DNA of 64,000 bases, taken from NCBI GenBank assembly GCA_028716965.1, contig JAQUOV010000003.1, forward strand, positions 69,302-133,301, written 5' to 3'. The notes under the pieces were generated by a model. It ran no database searches and had not been told where the DNA came from. It saw only the letters and a program-made list of their open reading frames with translations. Of this stretch, positions 30,001 through 45,000 are shown one piece after another. The stretch's first letter is position 1, and the number at the start of each line of letters is the position of its first letter. The DNA is from Candidatus Omnitrophota bacterium. Its GTDB lineage: Bacteria > Omnitrophota > Gorgyraeia > Gygaellales > Profunditerraquicolaceae. A program made the position numbers and the translations under genes.

Positions 30001-33000
30001 AACGCTATGTCTTCGTATCCAGTGCCATTTTTCATATTAAAATCGTTCAGAGATATATCTCTGTCCAACTCATTTTTTGCGGATTCTAACTGCATAACCA
30101 ACGTTGCTATCGATTTAATCCCCGGTTCAGGGCTATCAATACCTATATCGAAGATTCCCGGGAGATTTTGGCCTTTCAATAATTTCAACCTCTTGCTTAC
30201 TCTCCTTAAGTATGCCCCATAAACCATAAGGCCGTTCTTGATCTCATGCAGCGCATCCGGCCCTTTTATCGATAGGTTATTGGCAATACTAAAAGCCTCC
30301 GGGTCTATATTATTACTCTGCCGCTTCCCTTCGTCCTTAACAGGGCTTGCTGCTTCCTTCATAAATTCTGCTTCGGTAGAAAGTGCCTTAATGGGTGAAG
30401 ACGACTTCTTTGCTAAAACATTTAGCCACCTGCCAATAATCTCAGCTACTTCATTATCCGGGAGTCTGAATTTAGATAGCTCGCCGCTTATATGTTCTTC
30501 GGTCACTTTTCTAAAAGAATCGTCATCTAGAGTATACATATTGCCGCTAAGCTCAAGGAAACCGATCCCCGTCTCGCAGAATCCATCCATAGCTAACCTA
30601 AAAGGCGGAACCATCATAATATACGCAATATCATCGTTACCTATGAGCATAGGATGGGGGATATTCATATCCTGCAGTATTTGTATTAATGAATATATCA
30701 CCTTTGTCTGGGATAAAATATATTCTCCTTTAAAGCCTATCACGGGGACAGGATAATCAGTAGCTTCGAATACATCTAATCCGCCTAATCGGGTTATAAT
30801 TCTCTTAGGCGCATTTTCGACAGCTAGTGTATGGTGCCTGACACTATAAAGGATTTGGAAGTGCAGGTGGTTTACAGAGGCACCGAACTGCCAGGGGTTA
30901 AAGCCTATTTTAAAACCGCTGCTTCTGGCTAATTTGGACATAAACAACGCTGCTTCTATAGCTTTCTGCGATAAAAACTGCGGCTCCCCTTTCTCAGGCC
31001 AGGGAAGTAATAAGGAATGATATTGCTGCATAGGGTTTTGATTAATATCTACGACTAATAATCCCATATCCAAATCAAGATCAACGATCCTTCTTTCAAG
31101 GCATTCCTCATACCATTTGTTGAAATTTCCCTTTTCAGGGTCAAATGGTTCGTAAATATTTATCGGTACAGGCACAGAACTTAAGCGCTTGGCTGCTCCG
31201 TGTTCCGCATCATATTGCCTTCTGCCCTCCGGGAAAGTTTGTATAGTATAATTTCCTACCTGCCTTGTTTTGATTTTAGTGTTTGAATAAGAAAATATGC
31301 CTCCTTTTGCCATTTTCCCATCCCAAAGCATTCTAAAGAGATCAATAAAACTTGCGCCACCCGATAAAACTAAATTACCAAGCCCCATACGTTCGCCATC
31401 CAGCCTGCGTTTGTTATCGAATAGGAAAACCCCTTCCTCAAGCGCTGAAGAAGTTGTTCTGCCTTCAATACTGCTGCGATAAAGTTCCAGATATTTGGAA
31501 GCTGATACCTCCCAGCTAAAATTACAATTTATGGCATTTTGAATTAAAGCCCTCCTTAATCTTTCGTTTCTATACGTCCTGACAGCTCTCTGAATAGCTA
31601 AAAATGACTCTGAAGGGTCTGCTTGCTCAAATACAAACCCATTACCCTGGAATGTCTCTTCATTAAACTGTGTTATTGTATCTGCCAAGCCACCGGTCCT
31701 GCGTACAACCGGAAAGCCTCCATACCTAAGGGCATAATCCTGAGTCAATCCACAGGGTTCTTTACGGGAAGGCATTACAAATAAATCTTCTCCGGCTAAC
31801 AGTAATTTATCCAATGTTTTTATTAACCCATCATTGTGATCTTTTAACTCCATTTTGCTGCCTGTACCAAAATTAATACTTACCTTTCCTCTATAACTTA
31901 TATCTTGGCTGATCGCATTAAATGCCTCTGCTATAGCGCCGTGGCCGCTGCCGATAAGCACAAATTGAACTCCTAAATCAATAATCTCCTTAAAACGCTC
32001 CAAAACCAAATCTAACCCTTTATCCGGGACTAATCTGCTGATATTGCCGATAATTGGTAGACCAGGCTCTTGCATAAGACCAAGCTCCCGCTGAAGCATA
32101 GCCTTGTAACGCGATTTGGCTGCCAAAACATTATCTAACGTGTAAGGAGCCGCTTTCTCCAGTATGCTCCATAATTCATAATCTACGCCGTTAAGCACCC
32201 CGTGTAGGTTATCCCTTCTTTTTCTTAATATCCCATCAAGCCCTTCACCATTTTCAGCGGTCTGGATTTGTTGGGCATAAGTGGGGCTTACTGTCATTAT
32301 TTCGTCACTGTAAGTAATGCCTGCCTTCATAAGGTTAATCTTGTCGTAAAATTCTAACCCATCTATTGTAAATACTTCCCATCCTAATCCGGCAATACCC
32401 AGCAGAAACTTATTAAATATACCCTGATAACTTAGGTTATGGATGGAATAAAAAATAGAAGCCCCCTTAAAAGAAGTATCGGCCTTATATTCCGGATGAG
32501 TTTTAACTAAAGGAGCCACCATAGCTGCCTGCCAATCATGCGCGTGAATTACATCAGGGCTTAAGTTAAATTCCCTGGCTATTTCCAGCGCGCCCTTTGA
32601 AAGAAATACCGCCTGTTCAAACCTCAAGCGTTCCAATAAACATTCCAGCTCATTTGAAAATATATCTCTGCCTAATCGCGCGTTTATAATCGGCCTTACC
32701 AAGAAATAATCCCCATCTTCACCCCCTAAATATAATTTCTTTGAATATACAGGGTGCTCTAAGAAAAAGAAATTTACGCCTCGAAACTCTGTCATCCAAA
32801 CCGGAGCAGTTTCTATCCTGCTTGCTATTGCAACCATGACTTTCTTGCCTGTGTCTTTTATACCAAATTTTTGCTTGTCTATTGAATCGTAAAGAATAGT
32901 TGTAACATAAACCTTCTGCCCTAATTTTGCCAGGGCGATAACCAAGCCCTCAAAGGCATCAGCCAGTCCGCCCTCTTTTGAGAATGGGTCTGCTTCGGGG

Positions 33001-36000
33001 CTGATATGGAGTATTGTCATAGGAGAAGAGCCCCCCACTATTGCAACATCAGCTCCGTATGAAAGTATGCCAAGCCCGGCCAGTTTATCCTTAACCCTGC
33101 CTTCACCGGTAAAAACCCCGCCTTTGTATATTTTTAGTTCAAGTTCGTTATAACCACGCCGCTGTGTCCAACTCAAAAGGAAATGTACAAAATCTTCCTG
33201 ATCCGCCATAAGCCTTTCGTCAATATCGCTAAAATTGGCGGTGAACTGATGTGTATGGCCAAGAGCAGGATGCAAGCCTTTGAATAAAGGCGCGAAATGC
33301 TGGTTATTTACTTCACCATAGATACCGAGCTCTTCTAATGCATAAGGCTCTAACTCTGACCAATGGAAGCCTTTTGATATAATCATAAGGCTCCTGTCAC
33401 CCATTTTTAAAAATTCATAACCTGTCTCAACCCCGCCTATAAATAAGAACCTAAAATCACCGCTGGGTATAGGGGCATATACGGGCGTGCCATTGTGGCG
33501 GATATCCTTGCTTTCCAAATCCCGCAAATGCCTGCACCTTTTATAGAGCGCTTCAAACACTAATTCTTGCACGAGCTTGATGTTTTCTTCCGGAAGGCCT
33601 GCAAGGCTTTTTTCAATTAAGTAGCTTGGTTCATTACCCCTGGTATCCTCTTCTTCCATCCACCTCTCTATTAACCGGTCAAAAACTCCGGGTAATCCTA
33701 TCATTTGTTTTATAATAACGCCTCTTGTTTCTGCATCTTCATCTTTGGTGGACTGTATCAACTTCTCGATAAGCTCATCTTCGGGTGACAATTCTTTTAC
33801 GGGCAACATAGAAACATCATTATCCTTAAAGAATACCTTGGCCTTCTCTGGTCCGGGATATGGCCCCTGACCGACCTCAAGCATCTTATTTCGATCACTT
33901 AAGAATTCGATATTATGACCAGCCATGCACAGGATCTTATCACCCGTCTCCAATATAACTTCTGCTACCTGCTCTTTATTTTTAGAATATACAAAGAATC
34001 TAGCTTTCCCCCTCTGTATGATAATTACTTCTAATGGCTGGTTATCAATAGGTGTATGAATGTGCGGCCTTCCTATATCGCCTTTTGGCGGCGCCTTAGT
34101 GCCTACTGCAAGCGGGAATGAATTAGTACAAATCACGGTGAATTTTTCAGGAGCAATATGCGCTTTTAATATCAAGGCAACAGGTTCATTGTTTTCGTCA
34201 TAGACAACTTCAGAGACGCGCTCTCCGTTTATTTCATGCATTGTTAAAGGTTCTTCCGGATTCCTGCTTATAGTCAAAACAGGGGTCTGCCTGACGATCG
34301 TTACCGTAGAATCCTCAAGCATAGTAGCCTTGTATTCAATCAGCGTCGTAGCCGTATCCTGTCTCTCTAATACTATAACCTTGCCTCCAATCTCTATCTG
34401 CACCCTGCCCCTCTCAACATAGAAAACCTCCTGATGTAAAGCCACTCCCCTTGTGTAAATAGCTTCCCCTTTCTTATAATCGAATACTTCCAGCTGAATG
34501 GGTAGTTGTCCTGAAGTTTTACCTCTTTCATTCTTCCCCATAAGGACTGCGCAAGAGTCGCCTTGATTGTCTTTTATTATTACAGAGGATGAAGCTTCAT
34601 TAATATTGGCATATACTTTTATATATAGCCGGGTTCCAAATAGAGTTTCCGATGTGCCCTTATTTAGCGTTAACTGGTTATTATCGCTTTCCTTTGTAAA
34701 TATCCATTGGAATCTTCTTCCGTTAGTATCAATTATAAGTTCAGCCTTATTAAATCCGGTAAGCAAATTGTATAAGTTATAGAATCCCATACCATTACCT
34801 TTTACTCTGTTAGGGCCAACTAAATCCCCGGGCTTTTCAAAGATCCCCGGGATTCCATCCCCATTATCTATTGCTAGTAATTCGAATACTGCAGCCTCTT
34901 CTTCTCTTTTTACCCTGGAGAGCATAATCATATTTCTATTTTGGGGTATGTGCTGGGCATTTAGAGCTAATTCTCCGGCAACCGCGCCAGCCAAGCGCCT
35001 TATATATGAATACCTGCCCAAAAATACACCAAGCTGCCTATCAACCATATCTTCTGCCGCTTCAGAAAATTCGCTCGCCAGAACTAATCCTTCATCAACA
35101 GGCTTGTTGCGAACAACCTTTCCTTTTTCAAATGTAGAAATGATATTGTATCCTGCCTCTCGTAATCCCGCTTTCAGTTCTTCCATCCTTACTGTTTCCA
35201 TAACTTGTTCTATTGAACCAAAGGAGTCAGTTAGGGCCATTTTGAAACCTTTGAATGCGCTGCTTGATCCCATCTGCGTTAACCAACCCAGCAAATCATT
35301 GGTAGAAGGCTCTTCACCCAACCTCAAGCGTAACTCGTCTAATCTGGAATCTTTTATTATTCTTCTATTGGTAGAACAAAGCAGTTTTATTTCAAGAAAC
35401 GGAATATTTAATTTTATGGCCTTCCTTCTGGCCTCAAGATGAGCTTCAAGGGTTTTTATAAAATCAGGATTGTTAAGCTGCGGACTGGGTTTTAAATAGC
35501 CTATTACAGAATAAAACTCATCATCTTCGCGGCCATATATGTGTTTAATGTTGGCATTATCCTCTAATTCACCTCTAATCTTAGCGAGAAGAGTTCTATC
35601 TTCCGCCCTTCCTTTTATTAAGATTAGCCCGTTTGGAGTCACTCTAATTACCTGGTCTTTTCTGCCTTCTCTTAATGCCCCATAAAAAACCTTAATCTCG
35701 AAAGGCCTCTGCTGCTTAATCCATTTCAATATATAGCTTAAATCAATATTTGATTTTCTTATTGAGGATAAGAGGTTATTAATATTCAAAGCGTCTTTTC
35801 CGTGATTATTTTCTGTCAAACATACTATTTCTGCAAGCGTAGCATGAACGTTATACAAATCATATAATTCCAAAGAAGCGCCCACTCCAAATTTATCAAA
35901 TATTTCTTTTAACCCCTGCTGTTCTTTTTTTATCTTTTCCTGTGTATTTACATCAAACGGGCCACCGATAATTAAACTAAGGTCCAGTATATTTTCATTC

Positions 36001-39000
36001 ATCAGCTGGTTCATCTTACGCATGGCTTCCAAATTAAATTGCATCGGAGATGAAACAGCAGCCAAATATTCCATCAAATTCGTAACCGCATGCTTCTGGC
36101 CTAATTTTAATTCCAGTTCTGCCAGGCGGGATTCCCATGTTAGCCTCCTATCAACCGAACAAATCAATCTCATCGAGGTAACGGGGATATTTAATTTTAT
36201 AGTTTTCCTCCGGGCCTCAAGGTAATTTTCAAGGGCGTTTATAAAATCAGATGAATTGATTCTATCATCGGAAGGCTTCAAATAGGCCAAAGCAAAATAG
36301 AACTCGTCGTCTTCCCTGCCGTATGCATGTCTGATACCGGCATGATCTTCCAATTCACCCCTGAGTTTAGCCAAAAGACCACTGTCTCCTATAGGTCTGC
36401 CCTTCAGCACTATCAATCCGCCTGGAGTTACTTTTATCACTTCATCCTTCCTATCTTCTTTCAAGGCGTCCCGGCTTATTTCTACAACAAAAGGCTTCTG
36501 TTGCGTAATCCATCCTAACAAGTAGTTTATATTGATTTTCGACCGGCGGATTATATCAATTAAGCTGGCTATACCCTGATCTCTTGCCGAAGTTACCGCT
36601 ATTCCCGTAAGCGTAGCATGGACATTATATAAATTATAGGATTCTATTAAATCTTCTAAACCGTGGGAATTGAATATGTTTTTTATTCTATCCTGCTCTT
36701 CTTTTATCAACCTTTGCGTATCTGCATCAAACGGGCCGCCCATAATCAAAGTTATATTGCATTCGCCATCGCTAATTATCTGATTAAACTTTTGTATCTT
36801 ATTTAAATCAAATTTTATCGCCGAAGATGCACCTTGTTTGCCATTATGGTTGTTCACTGCCGTTATGCCGATATGGCAGACATCAGATCCGCAGCAGGCA
36901 TTCCTAATACCTTGCAGATACGGCACTATACAGCCGTTAGATATGATATGTTCGTTGGATCTCTGGATGGCGGCACACAAAAGCTGATTAAATCCTTTGA
37001 CCTCCATCGTCGCACCTTTGGACGGCATATGCGACTTCATAAACTCAGTTATGCCCATAGGGTAGTAAAGCCCCTTAAGGCCCGCCTGGATCCTGTCTAT
37101 TGCCTCTTCGCATTCCTGAATCCCCTGCTTTAAGGCCTCCCTCTCCCTGATGAATTCGTAAGCTAAAACCTGGATCTGCTCCTTCATCAATAGTTTTCTT
37201 TCGTTTTCCTCTTGAGAATACGCCAAGGCCCTTTTTAACAAAACACCTAAGACAAATTGGAATACAGGCAAGAGCCGGAACAACACTACCTCTTCATGCC
37301 TGCACTTGCTGTAATGATAGTTCAAGATAAAACTTTTCACGATCTTGGGCCAAAGCTGCACTGTCTCCAACCAGGCATCCTCAATCCTCTGATCCAGATC
37401 CCTGTTGTTCAACTCTGCCAGGCTTTTCAATTTAGCGAAAATATCCTCTGCCAGCATCTCCCGGTAACAGACCTGGAAGAGTTCGCTGAAAAAGTCCTTC
37501 CGGAAAGACTCAATCCACTCTTGGGGATCAATCTCAATATCTTCCGGGGCTTCAGTAGCAGTATTGACCTCCGGGTCAAATACCGTTACCTCAGCCACCC
37601 CTCTGGCTGATACCCGGTAGTCATCCTGGCTGATGGCTTTTTCTCCCCATAAACGGAAGCTATTGCGGATCTCATTAAACAATACGCCGACCACATCATT
37701 GAAGATAACCTCCAATATCCTGTAAGACCTGCCGTTAACCCTTATTGAACTATTCAGCGTCTCTACCGGTATCTGCTTCTTCTGCTTTAAATCTATCTGC
37801 AGGATCCTAAAACCCCTTGAGGCAGAGTTTACCGCAACCCAGAAATCCATGCCCTCCCCTACAATATCCCTGGCGTATAGCAGACGCGGGTCGTCAAGCA
37901 AAGCCTCCAGCAAATCCCTGCCCATGGCGAATTCGCCTGCTCTTGGCTGAGAGAGAGATACTCCGTATATAGCCCTTATTAATTGATAGATAAGTGTCTT
38001 GGTGATCCCTACGCCGGATATAGAGCGTTCATACCAAGAACAGGTCAAATCATATTGGTCAATAAGTTCATAAGGCTTCGCTAATCCTAATGCCAGTAGC
38101 CCATTCTTCATTAAAGGGGCAAGAAGCCCCCTTATGCTGGTCTTATCTAAACCTTGCGTATCCCCTTTAAGGCTCACAAAATAGCCGGCGTTAAGAAGCT
38201 GCGCGATCCTTAAGCCGTAAAGGATGCCGAAACCTCTGCCGAAATTGTTCATCGGCTTTATGATATTCAATTGATGGATATTGTCTGGTGCTTCAACATC
38301 CGCAGAGAAATCCTGCTCCTGCATTTTATATCCTGCTTCAAATATAGGAAGGATAACGTATCTGCCGCCTATGCCCAGCTCCTCCCTAAGCTGCGCTTCC
38401 CCTAAATACTCCTTTAAAGCGGCCTGTATAATACTGATGTTCTCCTCTACGGCCGCGGGGTCTGCATCAAGAGGGCAGGTCAATGCAAAAACTATATCTG
38501 CCTCCTCTCTGCCGAGAGTAGCCTTTAACCGCAAGGCTGATCTTTGCAATTCTTCTTCAAAAGCAAGGACCTCTCTTACTTTAAGCTTTAATGCCTCTAT
38601 CAGAGCTAATATGTCCTGGCTGTGGTCAAAGACCCTGGTGTCTAATTTTACATTGAAGAGAATGGCTATGTCTTTTATGTCAAAAAGGTCCCTTTCGTTA
38701 ATTTCTTCCAGGTTGAGCCCTTCCAAATAGCCGTATATCATCAGGGACAGAGCCGCAAAGGCCTCTGCTCTCTCCCGGCTATTATCCAAGCGCAGGATAG
38801 ATTCATAACGTTTTACGAAGTTCTTCCGCAGACTGTAACCATACTGGTCGAAATAATCCTTAAGGTGACGGCTCACAAGATAATTCTCGATTACGTCAAC
38901 CCTGCCGTTCTCTCCTATAACCTGACTTACCTTTTTATTCTCCAGTAGAATCCGCATCGCCTGTGCCGCCTGGCTGATGGAGAGTTCTCTAAACTTGCCC

Positions 39001-42000
39001 CTATCCGGCTCGGACTCTGGCCTGCCCTGCCTATCAAGCCGTACGCCTACCAATATCCCCCGCATTTTCATCCATTTCTCCCGGGTCTCCTCGTTAAAAA
39101 CCAAATCATTAAACGCATCAAGGCAGGGATAATCCGCCTGCTCTATAAGGCCGCCGGTGGCTCCCAGAATTACCGGCTTACCGCTGCCTGCGAACTTACC
39201 TCCAGCAGCGGCCAAGCCAAATCCTTCCTCTAAAGACTTAAGTAGAATAATAGTAGCGGCATGTTTGCAGGCATTCAGGTAGAGATCATGGCGGTCATCG
39301 GCATTTATTAAGTCAGGGGCGAACCCTGTTTCTTTTAGGGCTCGTTTCTGCTCATCGTTGAATTCGGGATAAAGGTATTTCTTATTCAACCCGGCTGCCT
39401 CCAGGCCACTCTCAAGGTCTTTATTCACCTCATCCTTCTCCTGGGCGAATAAGGGACGTATATATACATATTCCTCCTTATCGGACTTACCTGTCTTGTC
39501 TTTGACCGCCTTCCTGATCTCCTTTCTAATGTTTCCTGCCAGATCAACATATTTCTTGATCACACCTACGACCTGAAGGTCATCAGAGGGAAGCGGGGCA
39601 GTCAGCAGCAGAACCGGCAAGTCTTTAGGATTGACACCTTCCTGAATCAAATCAAGCGCCAGCATCCTATAGGCTATCATTACCCCCTCGGGGTCTTTCA
39701 ATTCATCAAAACGCCCATTCTGCAGAATTATAGTCCTCTCCTGCGGAATGCCTAACTGCTTCAGGCATTCTTTAATAAAGGCCTCTGATTCCAGGTCAAC
39801 GCTTATATACCCGCCGATATCAATAGAGTTGACATTCTCGTAGCAGGGAATAGTTAGGCCTCTGGGGGCGATGCCGCGGTGGAAGATGCTTAAGTGATAG
39901 AACTCATTTATCCCTTTTCTAAGGTAATTCCAGACAAAATTGCTGGCGGTGTTGGGGTCCTGGGATATGTGGAACTGGATGTGCCCCTGCCAGAGGAAGC
40001 GCGTGTCCTTGAATAGTGCGTTAAATTCATCAAATTCCTTTTTATATTCCTTTCTGAACTTGAGCAGGTAGAACATAAAGGCGGGCTGGGGATCATGAAC
40101 GAGGAAGATATCCGGTGGAACCAGGCCTTCTTCTTTTATCTTATTCAGGAAGCCGAGGGCGTTTTTTATGTTGAGGTCTTCATATATCTCAATGATCTTC
40201 TTTTCTATGTCTGCTATGGATAAACCCTTACATACCTTGGAGAGCTGCGGGTAATCTTTTTCAAGGTCGCCGGATCTAAGCCTCTCCAGTAAGTCGTCTT
40301 TTCCGTGGAGTGCGTTATGGAAGAACTTGGTCACTTCAAAATGAAGAGGTTCCCCTTCGATGACCCACCAGCCCCTCTTCAGGCTCATATTGCCGGAATT
40401 AAAGATATTGGTTAGCGGGACAAATCCTTTTAGCAGGTCGGCTACCCCCCCTCCGCTGCCTGAAGAATTTATATCCCAGATCACAACCTCTTTTTTGCGT
40501 ATCGTTTTAATCAGGGCTTCACCGGCCTCCCTCAAACTGTTCATGATCTGGGCTTTCCTGGCACCCAAAGCCTTAACCAAAGTATTTAAAGCGTACTCCT
40601 TAAGTTCTCTTATGTATGGGGTGAGGGGGGAGGAGGTTTGCTGGATTGAGAATGTAACTACGTCTGCGCCTGGTTTTAAGAAAATCGCCGAAGAGGCCAA
40701 GACGAATCTGGTAGTAAAAGGAATGGCCTGGTTGAATGCACATTCATCTCCTTCGGGTAATTTTGCCGTGTGATTTACCAAAATTGATTCCTGCGTTTCC
40801 GTTGGCAGCTGCGCTAAAGAATACGGGCTGGTATGATTAGTATTATTATTATCTGATGCAGCTTGGGTACCCCCCTCATGGATTACAATAACAGGGCATC
40901 TCCCCGAATCGTCAGCCGCGAATAAAGAATAGGCAATCTCTTGTGCTCGTGAAGCAGCGAAGAAATCCGTGTACTTGCGATAACTGGTCAGCTCCAATAG
41001 ATCATCCATTATGTACGCGGGAAATACTCCTTCTAAAATCCGGGTAAGCCTGAACCGATCATAAGCATGATCGCTGGAATGACTTATTGTTTCTCCGCCA
41101 TAAGTATACCTGGCCATCATCGTAGGCGTACCGTGAAAGGCGGGGATGGGTTCTATAGTAAAACTGTTTCTTCCTCCTCCCAGGATCGTCTTTTCATAGA
41201 ATTTCAAAGGAGTAAACTCAATATCATATACCTCGCTCAAACCTTGCTTTAAAATAACTTCCAGCTGATTTCTAAATAATTCAAATATACCCGGCTCAGC
41301 CAAAATACGGATAGGATGGCCTATCTGTTTGCAGCGCTCAAAATACGCTAATGCCCCTGCGACATGGTCTTCATGCATATGAGTGATTGCAAGATGGCTG
41401 ATATATGCCGGGTTGATGGACAATGCTTTAAGCGCAGGTAAAGTAGCACTCCCTACATCTATCAATATGCCGTATTCTCCTGCCCAGATAATATGGTTGG
41501 ATGGCAGCCCGTTCGGGTCTAAGCCGCCACTCGTGCCCAAGAAAGTAACTCCAAATTCGGGAATACGCTTTAGCGGCCTGACCCCTTTAAAATCCACTTC
41601 AACTTCAGAAGCATCTTTGCCATCCAGTACCACTTCAAACCCTTTGTCAACGTCATTAATACGGAAGGTCCCGTCCTGCTGGGAGCGAACATATACATTT
41701 CCCAATGCCGCCTTGCCATGAGAATCAAACTCTATTAATTCCGCCATATCCGGATAAGGGTCTACCATGCTTATTCTGCCATCTATTTCTGCCCTATCAG
41801 CCAGGTAAATAGCTTCACGGCGGAACCTGTCAATTAAACCCTTGCTTAGATACCCCGCTGGATTGGGTAAATAATAAGGATTGCCTAACCGTAGATATTC
41901 AATAATGCGCCCGGCCTGCTCTGGTTGGCATATAATTTTTGTTTTTCTATTATGAAGGAAATAATTACACGTTATGCTGAAATAAATCTGCATAATATTC

Positions 42001-45000
42001 GCACCGTCTTTACCGATCCAGCTGTCTTGAGCAGGCGCGATGATAATAGATGGATAATCATCCTCGTAAGGATAGAGGTGCCTCAACAACATTGACATGC
42101 CCACAGAAATCGCGCCTTCGGATGTCCTTATATAATTGTTATTGGGGTTAGTTACCCGCACCTGGATATTCCCGGCCGGGTAAGTATATATACGGCTTGT
42201 TATGATCGGCGAACCGGAAACCCTTAAACCCTGCAATGCGCCGGAGTTTAACCTTGATATTATCAGCCTGGTTGTCATAAGCGAGCCGACGTCTTTCGGT
42301 GTCGTCATAGCTGAAGAAGCCTTTTCCTTAGTGCCATTCTTTTTTTTCTGCTCGCGGCCTAAATTTACATTGCGGAAAAACTCTTCTACCCCATGGATGC
42401 CGTAACGGCCCTTATAAATAAGTACGTTCTCCACGATATCGCCGGCTAATTCCTCCCTGAAATAAACACCATGGGCATCCGGAAGCGCCTTCAGGATAAC
42501 TTCATTGCCTTTTCCGATAACATACACATCACCTTCACTGAACAACAACTCTTTATTCTTTAACCGTTTATTGTTCAAAAACTTCAGTATCCTGCGGATT
42601 ACCTCGCCACGGTTTACGCCTGCTAAACGCGTGTTAATCGCGCCGCTGCCGGGAGCCTTCTCTGCTATAAGAGGAAGCTTGGCTTTATCAAATTCTCTCT
42701 CCAAATATTCCTTTACCGCGTTCCTTAAGTCATTTAACACGCCTTCTCTCTTTATCTTCGGTAAGTCAACGCTTTTCCTTTCCAATCTCTGATTAAATTC
42801 AGCAACACACTGATCAGGCAGGTCTCTGCGGCCATCCATCTCAAGATTTATCAGTAAGCCGTCCCTGTCATTCACCACTACCTCGCGGTCAACAAGCCCA
42901 TCAGGGCTATATAAACAACGGTCGAGTTCATAACATGCTACCGTGTCCTGAATAATCTCTTTCCATGCCGCTCTTTCTTCTTTAGTAATTAAATCGCTGT
43001 AATCAATGAGCACCTTTTTAGTTATTCTGCTACCCTTAGCGCAACTTTGCTCTTTGAAAACAAAAACCTTTGCCCCGGCATAAGGAGCCAAGACAACCTG
43101 TTTAAGCAGAACTTGTTCATCACCCAAAATTTCCTTTAGCGGCTTTATAAATGCTTCTTCCAGTTCCTTATATCTGAGCGCGGTAACCAATACCAAAACG
43201 CCGCCTGTCTTTAAATAACCTCTTATCCTTTCTCTTATCTTTGGCGTCATATTAAATAGCGGTCTTTGCCTTTCCGAAGACGCGTGGCGGTACCTTAAAA
43301 TCGTATGCGCGCCATTGGCTATGATGATTTCCGGAGGATTTTTCTTGATCTTCTCCGGATCAAGATACAACCAGGGGACCTCTTCTCTTCTTTGCTCTAT
43401 TTCGGTCAATACCTCCAGCGGCGTCCTGATCAATATGTTCGGGTTAAATATCCACCCTCCCTCTCCTTGTCGTAACCTGCGCCTATCATAATCAAGCGCT
43501 TTTTCATCATATCGCATCTCGCCTGCATCATTAGTATAATGGTAATACTTTTCTTTTGTTCTCTGGTATTGCGGGGTGGCCTTGATCTTACCTTCTTGCT
43601 CATTCGTAACTATATATTCAATGATCTGGCCCAATAATTTCCCATCGTAACCCACGCCTCTTTTCTTCTTCGCCTTGCCTGCTGTGCGTTCTTCCTGTTC
43701 TATTATCCTGGCCAGGTTTTCTACAAAGATCTTTACTCCGCTGTATTTTATTTTTTCTTCTTCCCTAATCCCCAACATTCCCCGCGGTTTTTTAGCAGCT
43801 GATGAGAAGTCCGAAGCCTCTCTTGTCTGTGACATAAGCTCTGCTAATTCGTGATCGGTCGGTCCTTTCATTTCGTCTATTACTTCCTGCTTGTTCTGCG
43901 AGGGATCATTCACTATTATGTGAGTGAATAACTCATTTAACTGGCAACCAGTTGTTTTCTTAAATAATCCGGCGATGCGTTCAACTGTTATACCTACGGA
44001 TTCATTATCCTTGTTAGGGTTCATGATAAATATGACGGGTATGCCCTCCGGGCTCTTTTCTTTGAAGGCTTTCACCCGCCTCTTTATCGCTTCAACAATC
44101 TCAGGTATCATTAATACCGGCAGCACGCTTGTTACCAGGCTTCCCGGCCCAAGGACTATTGCTACCTGCGCATTATTGATAAGCTCCAGCACCTTCCTCA
44201 TTGCAGTCGGCTTCTTACCGTCTATAAATCCTGCTTCTATGATCCCGGAGGTATGGATGCTTTCGGTGATATTTGTCTGTTCAATAACCAGCCTTCCCCT
44301 GAACTTAACCGGCGTTTCATTAAAATAAATGATCGTCCCCTGCCCCCTTCTATCCAGAAATACCTTAACTTCTTTATCATTGGCATATTCTGCTAAGCTC
44401 ACTTTCGCGGTAAGAATGTCCCCTTCCTTGCCAACGTACATGTATGTTTTCTTGTGAGGCATGCTCTCATCAATTTCAACGATAGGATCCCTATTTTTCG
44501 TAATCTTTTCTACCTGAATAACTGCCTTGCCTTTACCCGAATCATCCGTTGCAATTTCAATCTTCACTACAGGACATTTTTCCCCATTCTGCAAGATGTA
44601 ACTTCCCTCTGTATAAAGAGTATATTTAGCTTCACCCTTATTCTGGCCTTTTTTATCTTTTTCTATTCCTGTTACCCGGCCTGCTTCTTTATTATCTAAG
44701 ATCAGCGTTTCTCCTACCCCGGGAATGCTGAAATCCTGCACAGCGCATTCCTCTTTAATTATTTCTGTCAGTTTAAATGCCGGCTGCGCATTATCCAAAG
44801 TCACATACAGAATAAAATTGCCCTGTTTTACCTTAAAGCCCCCTCCTCCCAAAACGCTCCACGGCAGGGAAATTAAGGTCCTGCTTTCTTTTGAAGTAAC
44901 CTGCTTGCCAAAATGCTCTTCTATAATACCATCCACTCCCTCTATGCTTAATTTGATCCTGTCGATATTACTGCGGGAGCTGCCTAATTTAATCTCGCTT

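Noticed and set aside
33018-33020. Gene boundaries at the internal ATGs 33018-33020 and 57600-57602 (separate glgA genes)
   Set aside because: The reading frame stays open upstream of both ATGs with no stop, and no Shine-Dalgarno-like sequence precedes them. I treat them as domain starts within the giant ORF, leaving internal initiation as a possibility.
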